DNA of 64,000 bases, taken from assembly GCF_009914755.1 (NCBI RefSeq), contig NC_060938.1; one strand, 5' to 3'. How positions within the stretch are numbered: position 1 is the first letter of the stretch; the number at the start of each line of letters is the position of its first letter. This document shows, in pieces, positions 55,881 through 64,000 of the stretch. The notes beneath the pieces were generated by a model. That model ran no database searches. It worked only from the letters and a program-made list of their open reading frames with translations, and was not told the origin of the DNA. The stretch is from the human T2T-CHM13v2.0 reference genome, Homo sapiens. The position numbers and the translations under genes are program-made.

Positions 55881-56834
55881 ACAAGGGTCATTTCAGCACA
55901 AAAACTTAAGACTCCCCCATAATTTAACACTCACAATAAACCCAAATAGATTTTCTTATTCCCAGATGAAGAAACAGTGGCCCCAGAGGGTTGAGTGCCT
56001 CACCCCAGGTCATCCAGTCTGTAAGTGCTCCTCATCTGAGACCTGAGACCCAAAGCTCTCCACCATATGAGGGGTGGAAGAAAAGGCAAAAGTGTGATGT
56101 GCAGGAGTCCCCAGTGCATCATTTCACGAGAACATTTCCAGTTGTTTTCAGCATCTCTTCTATTTATTCCCCAAACCCCCACAGCCTTTGATGAATTCTG
56201 GAGGAGAGAAACTGCCTGGCATTTTCAACCAAGTGCTTTGATACTTGAACACAGCAGTGGATGGAAAGTGACAGCACCTTATCAGTCACTGTGTCCCAGC
56301 TGCTGTCAGAGCTCCTTCCTCTCTGCCAACAGCGTGGGCTGGGCTCCCTGGCTCGCAGAGTGGTGAGCGATGCTTCCGCGAGGAGATGCGGCATCTCAAA
56401 GTGCAAGATGCACCCATTGCAGCTCTCAGCTTTTATGCCCCGTGATATTTATCAGAAGGAAACAATTAAGTCCCCCAGAACGTGGAATCTCCCTTGGAGC
56501 TCATGGGGGTAGTGACAAAAATGTATCTGAGCAAGGCATCTGGGCTGGGAACCTGCCTTAGGACCTCCTTCTATGGGACGGCAATGGGCACTTTACACAC
56601 ATGATTCCGTTCAATGCTGAATGCAATGCCAGGAGCTCTGTGCTGGATCCTTACATTGCAGATGACAAAGCTGAGGCTCAGAAGGATGATGTGACTCGCC
56701 CAAGGCCATACAGACAGGTCAGGCATGGCCAGAATTAGCCTGAGGTCAGACGCCAAATCTGTGGCCTTTCCAAAGTTAGGCTCCCGGTATCCAGCATGGA
56801 GTCCCACATGGCAAAGGCACTTGATTAACACTTG

Positions 56835-56881
56835 TTGAGTGAATGAGTGAATGAATGAATGAATGAATGAATGAATGAATG
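56835..56881. repeat. (GAAT)n tetranucleotide repeat, L2 tail
   Basis: Direct reading. Confidence 0.9.
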
Positions 56882-57044
56882 TCTTATGCCATGCTGCACT
56901 GAAAGACAGGCTCCATTGGCATCTGGGACAAGCAATGTCACCTTTTCTTTGCCTCTGTTTTTCAAGAGTAAAATACCAGTTCTTTAGGATTGGTGTTGGG
57001 ATGGCTGGTAGAGATTTATTTTCATTTTTGTTGCCTCAGATGGG

Positions 57045-57226
57045 TTTAACTTGCTGTTGTTGAGTTCATGTTAAAGGGAAATAGGTCCCAGGGACAGAGG
57101 TCCAGGAGCTCTTAGGTTCAGGCAAGTCTCTTCCTTTTAACTTCCTGATGTTGAGTTCATGTTAAAGGGAAATAGGTCCTAGGGACAGAGGCCCAGGAGC
57201 TCTTAGGTTCAGGCAAGTCCCCTCCC
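57045..57226. repeat. 91-bp tandem duplication
   Basis: tttaactt(g/c)ctg(t/a)tgttgagttcatgttaaagggaaataggtcc...ttaggttcaggcaagtc at 57045 and 57136. Confidence 0.93.
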
Positions 57227-57459
57227 TGCCCTGGGCCTTTGGGTTCCTCATCTATCAAACTGGGAGAGTCGGATGAGATGGAGATTGAAATCCTATGCCT
57301 TATGGATGTTCTTGGATCCAGCAAACCCAGTAATGCTTACTGATGGACAAGCAGTAAAGGTTTTGAGGGTTTTCTCCCCATGCCCTGGTTCATCCCCATC
57401 AGAGCACCTCTGCTTGAACTTGGCTGTGAGCAGCATGAAGGAGGCAGAACCGATGTTCA

Positions 57460-58110
57460 GCTCCTTCCATGTCCCTCTAGGCATCATCTGCCTCCCGCCC
57501 TGGGCATGCTCTTCCCTCCCCTATGGCAAAGTTCTCCTTTGCCAAGCTGCCAGCCTGGCATTCAGGGCCCCATGTGTCTGGGCCCAACCTTCCCCTTCAG
57601 CAGTATCTTCCATGGCTCCTGTCCCTGCCCTTCATGGCCCAGCCAGCCTGAGCCACCTGTTCCCTAAACTGCCCTGCACATTCCCACCTCTGCCTCTGCT
57701 GGGGCTGTGCCCTTCACCTGGAGTGCCATTTCCCCAGCTCCACCTAGGGAGACCCTCCTCATCAAACACCACCTTCCACTAAGGTCCCCAAATGCTGCCT
57801 GTTCCGGCGGCACTTTGTACTACATCTATTCTTCATTCATGTTTTCACTCACCCACTCATTCACTCATTGATTTACTACCTATCCTCTCAGGGAGTTTCT
57901 TGAGCACTTGCTGAGTGCCAGGCACTGTGCTATACACTTATCATATGTAACCTACTCTCTTCAACTACCTGGGAGGCAGGTTTCAAAGTTATCCACATTT
58001 CACAGGTGAGCAAACGGAGGCACAGAGAAATGAAAGCCACCCAGCACATCCATAGCAGAGTGTGTATTTAGACCACGTGGTTTGACCCCAGATCCCAAGC
58101 CAGCCTCTCT
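57460..58110. mobile_element. L2 and MIR fragments
   Basis: cattcattc/gagcacttgctgagtgccaggcactgtgcta; catttcacaggtgagcaaacggaggcacagaga. Confidence 0.6.
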
Positions 58111-60047
58111 GTCTGGTGTCTCTTCTGCCAGATCCTGGGCTGCTGCAGGACAAGGGCTGTCTATTCTTGCACCCAACATTCATTCAACATGCATCCCTTG
58201 AGCACCAGACATGCATCCAATGCATCCATTGAGCATAGCATGTGTCAGATGCTATGATGGCCACTGCACTTCTATGGGTGTGATGGGGTCTCTCACTCTG
58301 GTAGGGTGTCTGGCTTGGGGCTTGGCCTCATGAAGGATCCTTTGAGACTCCTTGCTGAATGGCATGGCTGGTAACACTAGGTGAGGGACAGGGTTCATAG
58401 CAAGGTCTGAGGACAGATCCTTTGATAGCTGCACTGGAAGCAGGACACTGATGGGGGCAGATGGCTGCTCAGAAACAGGGGGATGGGGTAGAGCTGGTAC
58501 TCACTGAAGGTCAGGGAAAGCCGAGTTGAGAATGAAGGATGACAAGCCTCACTGCTTCAGATTGGCCCAGGGCTGCCCCCAGTGCTTGGATTCAGACTGG
58601 AAATTCTGCCTGCCACAGAAACGGGGCCAAGACTGTGTGCATGGGTGGCCAGAGCCAGCCAACTGTCACCTCCACTTAGGGGCCAGCCCCCTTCACAGAG
58701 TAAAACTCTGGAAGGCAGACGATCTGGAGAGGTTGACCTGGTGCCAGGCTCCCTCCTCCAGGCTTGGTTTCATTTGTGCATCAAAGGGAGGAGTTGCTGT
58801 CTGGCTGTTGCATCTTGCAGGTTGGTTTCTTTTGAAGCTTCAGGTGAGAGCTCCAGAAATTTCCACTGCTCCTTGTCCTAGTTAAGCAGAAGCCCTGCAA
58901 TTTGGCTTAATGTAGTGCTCATTCGCTCATCCTGTTTTATGCTGGGTGTGGCATTGGGCACGTGAAGATGTGAATGAAGGGTGAGAAAAACAGGGCCAGG
59001 GCCCTGGAGAGGGAGACACACCTGTGTGCAGCTTGCTGTATCCCCAGGCAGGCAAGGCCACAGTGCTGTCATTGATGAACAAGACGGCACCAGGATGACC
59101 TCAAACAAGGACTGAGGGGTCCACCACATTTAAGCAAAGCTTCTCAGAGAAGGTGAAATTTGAGCTGGGCTGGGAAAGAGTGGGGTTTTGACAGCCTGAG
59201 AAGGAAGTATTAAGGTCATTTCAAATAGTGTGCACTTTATTCTAATGAAAGGACTCAAATGCTTCTGGTTTGATGGTGGCTCTCACAAAGCAAGTGACAG
59301 AAAACCCTCTTGCTGCCTCGAATCTTCCCCCTTCCAGGGTTTCCTGTTGCAAGGAATGACCGTGACACTCACCTACCCAGTCACCTAAGCACCCTTCACC
59401 TCATTCAACGAATTTCCCAGGCCTAGCCAGTCTAGGTTTCTAATGACCCTCAAATGTCCTGTTTCTCTGTTTGCCGCCCCCTTGACTGCTCAAACTACCA
59501 GTGATTCTTCACCAGGTCACTACAACACCCTCTCAGTTCCAGGCAGAGTTCATTGTGCTTTCCTCTGGGTTCTCAAAAACACTTGGCGCTTATTTCTCTT
59601 ATTGACATCATCACGTGGCATTTCACAGTATTTTGTGTCTATGGATGCTTCATTCCTTTATCCCAAGCACAGCAGCTGTCGCGTAATAGATGCGCAGTAA
59701 GTGCCTTTTGAAATGTTGGGTTGGAGCTGCCTCTACTGTCAGTCCACATTGTGTTGGCTTTCAAGATCGGACTGATGGAGATCCAGCTAAAAGTTGGAGC
59801 TCAGGAACCAGGGGCTTTGTCCAGTTGATCTGGCTTTCAAAAGGGACAATCCTATCAGGCTCCATTGGCCATAAAAGTGGGCGTTTCCAGGGGCTGCTTA
59901 GGACTGGGCAACAGCATTCTGGGAGGGGCCAGAGGAAGGCAGCATAGTTAGAAATTCCAACTGCAGGTAAGAGGGGAGATGTTAAGACAGTGGTTGGGAG
60001 CAGGGAAGGTATAGTACCATTCCCATAAAATAGCAATGCATGAACTT

Positions 60048-60464
60048 TGTATTAGTCCATTTTTGCATTGCTATGAAGAAATACCTGAGACTGGGTAATT
60101 TACAAAGAAAAGAAGTGTAATCGACTCATGACTCTGAAGGCTGTACAGGAAGTAGTGGCTTCTTCTGGGGAGGCCTCAGGAAGCTTCTAATCATAGCAGA
60201 AGGCAAAGGGGGCGCAGGCTAGTCAAGTCTCATGGCTAGAGCAGGAGCAAGAGAGCAAGAGAGGAGGTGCCGCACTCTTTAAATGATCAGATCTGCAAGA
60301 ACTCACTCACTATCACGAGGACAGTACCGGGAGAGATGGTGCTAAACTATCCACAAGAAATCAGCCCCCATGATCAAATCACCCCCCTCCAGGCCCCACC
60401 CCCAACATTAGGGATTACATTTTAATATGAGATTTGGGCAGAGACACACATCCAAACTCTGTCA
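60048..60464 (-). mobile_element. MSTB-like MaLR solo LTR
   Basis: tgtattagtccatttttgcattgcta ... catccaaactctgtca. Confidence 0.88.
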
Positions 60465-60649
60465 GTCTGTAACCACAGGGATTCCGTTCACTTCCTACAG
60501 ACTCTGCTACTTTGCAAAACTGTGGAAGAACAGCCAGGTTTGGGAGAGTTTGCAGGCTTCCAGGATCTCTGGAATGGCAGACAGCACTTGCACTCTGAAA
60601 AGATTTCATTAAGAGTCCAGAGACCCAAGCGGGGATCCCAGCTGTGCTG

Positions 60650-60666
60650 TGACCTGACTGTGACCT
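60650..60666 (-). promoter_or_regulatory. Perfect DR5 nuclear-receptor element (candidate RARE)
   Basis: + strand TGACCT-gactg-TGACCT, which is AGGTCA-N5-AGGTCA on the - strand. Motif only. Confidence 0.45.
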
Positions 60667-61619
60667 CTATGGCAAGACCCCCCTCCAGCCCAGACCACCC
60701 TCCTGCACTCACTATGGATCCCTGAATATGCCAATCAGACGTGTTGGTGAGAACTGTTTTTCTGTGGTTTCCCTCTCCCAGGCAGCAGCTGATAGGAGCA
60801 GAAGCCATGGTCAAGCTAGCGTGGGTTTGATATTAGCAAAGTGGAGAGAGAGGAGCCAGCCTGTTGCTATTGCCTGAATGCTCACGTTCCACTCCTGCCC
60901 TTTCCGGCTACCCTGCTCACCCATGCCCTGCACAAGCACACAGCTGCCCTCAGCCTGCCACGGTCCTGCCCTGCTCTCCATCTCCTCAGCCGTGACCTTC
61001 AAGGCTCCCCTTTAACCGCATGCTGTCTTTCTTCAAATATATTCCATGGGTACTTTCGGCCCAACAGCTTTGCCCTCTTGGTGGAGTCCAGTGGTACATA
61101 CTGCAAGCAGCAGAAATTTCCACCTGCATAAAGAGTTCTCTCCCACTCCCCTCTCCTCAGTGTGCCATGCAAGACTGCAGCACCAAGAAAGCATTTGCTA
61201 CCTGATGAAGAGAAGTGGTCACCTACTGATTCCAGGCCCTGGCGTGGAGCCAGGCCTGCCCAGCCTAGAAAAAACTACGCCTCTCTCCCCATGGGGGGTG
61301 GCAGCTCCCATCCCCATCCCAGTGAGGATCTCTTAGGAGAAGCAATTTTTAAACGTTGTGCAACACTCAGAATTCATTGAAACTCATAGGCAGGAGTTCT
61401 GGGTAGACTCTTGCTTAGAGGAGTGATGCAATCTGAAAGCATCTGTGAGATAGACCCTTGGAAGGAGCTGGGGTCTCCGCACACCGGTGGCACCTTCAAG
61501 GTTGTAAAGGGAGGCACAGGGCCTATGCAGTTCTTCAGAATGAAAGAGAGAAATGGAGAGAGAGGGGCAAATAGAGTCAGAAGATAGACTGACTGACTTC
61601 ATTGTACTTTAGAATTGCA

Positions 61620-61830
61620 GTAAAATAGCATAGGACCTAGAAGTAAAGTAGGGATTAGGGACTGGTTCCGCTACTCATTGGCAGTGTGACCTTGACAGAA
61701 GTTGCTCACCTCTCCCCTCTAATTTATAAAATGGGAATAACAATCCTCTCTCAAGTGCTGCTGGGAGGGTTAATTTAGAGAAGGTAAATGAAGGTGCTAG
61801 GCAGAATGGAAAGTCCTGCACACTGAGAAG
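61620..61830 (+). mobile_element. MIR
   Basis: gtgtgaccttgacagaagttgctcacc...aaaatgggaataacaat. Confidence 0.65.
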
Positions 61831-62306
61831 CTAGTCCAGGAGCAGCTGGACATCAGCATGGTGGATGGGGACTTAGGGCATCAGGCTTAACCTCGAGCCC
61901 AGTGCACTGTCTTGCTCAGCTCTGCAGCCAGACAAAGGGGCTAAGAGAGAAGATGAGAGGAGAGATCAGGAGGCTGAGGGCCTGGGAGGGGGAGCCCCTA
62001 GATATCAGTGTCAGGGCAGAGCCAATGGTCCAGGATTCATGGCTTCCGTTATCCCTGCAGAGGATAGACACTGAGGACCAGCTTGATGCTGTTCCTGCTG
62101 CACCAAAGGGTAAGCGGAGTTGGGCTAAATGGCATTTGGAATAAGCACCCAGGAGAGGCCTGAAGACTGTGCAGGCAGCGAGGTTCAAAGCACAAGGTTC
62201 CCAGGCTTTGAGCATCCTACTTCTCCAGTGTCCCTCGCATCCATTTGTCCCAGACCTCCTACCCCAGTCTGCCCTAGTTGAGGCCCCATCATATTTCCCA
62301 TGAACC

Positions 62307-62718
62307 TGATATGGTTTGCACGTGTGTTCCCTCCACATCTCATGTTGAAATGTTATTCCTCGTGTTGGAGGCGGGGCTTCGTGGGAGGTGTTTGGATTTT
62401 GGGGGCGAGACCCTCATGGATGGCTTAGTACCATCCCCTTGGTGATGAGTGAGTGCTTTCTCTGAGTTCACGCAAGAGGGTTGTTTAAAGAGCGTGTCCC
62501 CTCCCGCGCCCCTTGCTCCTGCTCTCATCATGTGAGGCACTGGCTCCCCCTTTGCCTTCTGCTGTGATTGGAAGCTTTCTGAGGCCCTCCTGAGAAGCAG
62601 ATGCTGGCACAATGCTTCCTGTACAACATGCACAGTGGTGAGCCAATTTAACCTCTTTTCTTTATAAATTACCCAATCTCAGATATTCCTTTATAGCAAA
62701 CAAAAATGGCCTAATGCA
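62307..62718 (+). mobile_element. MSTB1/MSTB-like MaLR solo LTR
   Basis: tgatatggtttg...atctcatgttgaaatg...gaagcagatgctggc...cctaatgca. Confidence 0.88.
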
Positions 62719-63564
62719 GGAGCATTACGACAGCACCATCACTGTCCCCCAGCCTGCAGTCTCCACTACTCCACTCATTTCCAACAGCTTTCAGCTGGGC
62801 CATGTTAAGGCGCATCTCAGTGTGTCTTTACCTGGCTTGTAAACCTTCAAATTGGTCTCCTCACAGACACTGCCTAGAGCAGTTTCCCAAATGATCTTCC
62901 GAGTCACACTAGTTCCTATAAAATATTAATGGTGTTCCTTGGAAAAAAAGCTCCATGCCCAAATTGTGTTGGAACTGCTGGGCACAGCAACAAAGGCAAG
63001 CTTCCACACAGATGGACTTCTCAGCACCCCTACCATGCAGGCTGTACCGTGAAACTCCCAGAAGGGGAGAATGGGCCACCATTTCCTTGTTCCCTAGCTT
63101 ACTGGGAACATCTTCTTCCTCGCTCTTTTGTGGAAGTAGAATTCCACTGAACACAGTGTGGGGAAATGTGGCCTAAAGAACGAAGTCCAAATTCCTTATG
63201 CTAGCATTCAGGATAACCTGTGATTAGGTCCTAGGATCATGGAGAATTGAGTTAATTGTATCAGAATGGGATTTCCACAACCACAAAAGCCTCCAGTGAG
63301 AGTAAATGAACTCGAAGCAGAAGAGATCTTGTGCTGCAATCCTGGGGATGGTGCCATAGGTGGGAATAGGTGGATGCATGAGGGTCAGGTAGCCTGGAGA
63401 CTCTGGGCTTAAAGAAGGATCTACTTAGAAAGGAAGTTTCTGGTTGAACACTTTAAAGGGAGACTATTGTGAATGTAGCACTAATATCTGCCCTACCCAT
63501 CTGAGAAATGGCTGTGATAAGGTAGAGGACATAGGAGTGGGAACAAGATTTGGAAGTCACGTAG

Positions 63565-63745
63565 TTTGGTGGTCTCATAATAGTGTTCCTAGCAGTCACC
63601 TGGAGGTACTTGTTAGACACGCACCCCCCACACTCCCCTCAACGTGCACATGGAAATTCTAACACAGCAGATCTGAAATGGAACTTGGGAATCTAAATTT
63701 AAAATATGTTTCCCAGATGACTTGAATGCATGTGGTCTTTACATA
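63565..63745. mobile_element. MER5-type hAT fragment
   Basis: gtcacctggaggtacttgttaga...ttcccagatga. Confidence 0.5.
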
Positions 63746-64000
63746 TTTCCATATATATTGATCCAATCAATATTGGCTAATAGATATTGATCTATTCTTT
63801 GTTTCATAAAGACAATGAAGCTGAGGCCCGTTCAATCCATGGGGGGCCAGGCCATGAGTTGAGGTGCCTTCTAACTTTACAGCAGGTCTCTCTCCACTTT
63901 ACCAGGTCTGAGTGAGCTGGAAGTCATCCCTGGGAGAATCAGGTTTTGGAGAGACAAGGAGCAAGTTGTGTCCTCTCTGGAGGACTAATCTGGAAGTTTA

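Noticed and set aside
57273-57782. Longest ORF (169 aa, Pro/Ser/Leu rich)
   Set aside because: It overlaps pyrimidine-rich L2-like sequence and shows no recognisable domain or exon structure.

Overview
Primate, almost certainly human, non-coding genomic DNA, either intergenic or deep intronic. I found no credible protein-coding exon, RNA gene or processed pseudogene, and I could not name the locus. All ORFs in the track are short (<=169 aa); those I checked are explained by Alu, L2, LTR or simple-repeat sequence or by chance. Roughly half of the window is recognisable transposable-element sequence: about 14 Alus; old L1M and L2 fragments; a young 5'-truncated L1PA; many MIRs; solo LTRs (MER41, LTR10, MER9, MER34-like, THE1, MST, MLT1, MLT2); and DNA transposons (MER44, MER20, MER2, MER5). 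Many junctions keep target-site duplications (TSDs), so several nested insertions can be ordered in time. The most notable observations are: (1) a non-TE 21-bp minisatellite with eight GGAA cores spaced exactly two helical turns apart (8586-8756); (2) a MER41 LTR with a GAS site close to an LTR10 carrying an AP-1 tandem repeat, the LTR10 nested in an Alu inside an L1; (3) a perfect DR5 retinoic-acid element (60650-60666); (4) an L1PA 3' transduction; (5) a polyadenylated LTR-like fragment plus an Alu inside one TSD; (6) a perfect triplication of an Alu 5' junction; (7) a local inverted duplication; (8) a compact CCAAT/GATA/ETS/GC-box module. Subfamily names come from my memory of consensus sequences and need RepeatMasker/Dfam confirmation. 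Regulatory functions are hypotheses. I see no evidence of a new gene-encoded system.
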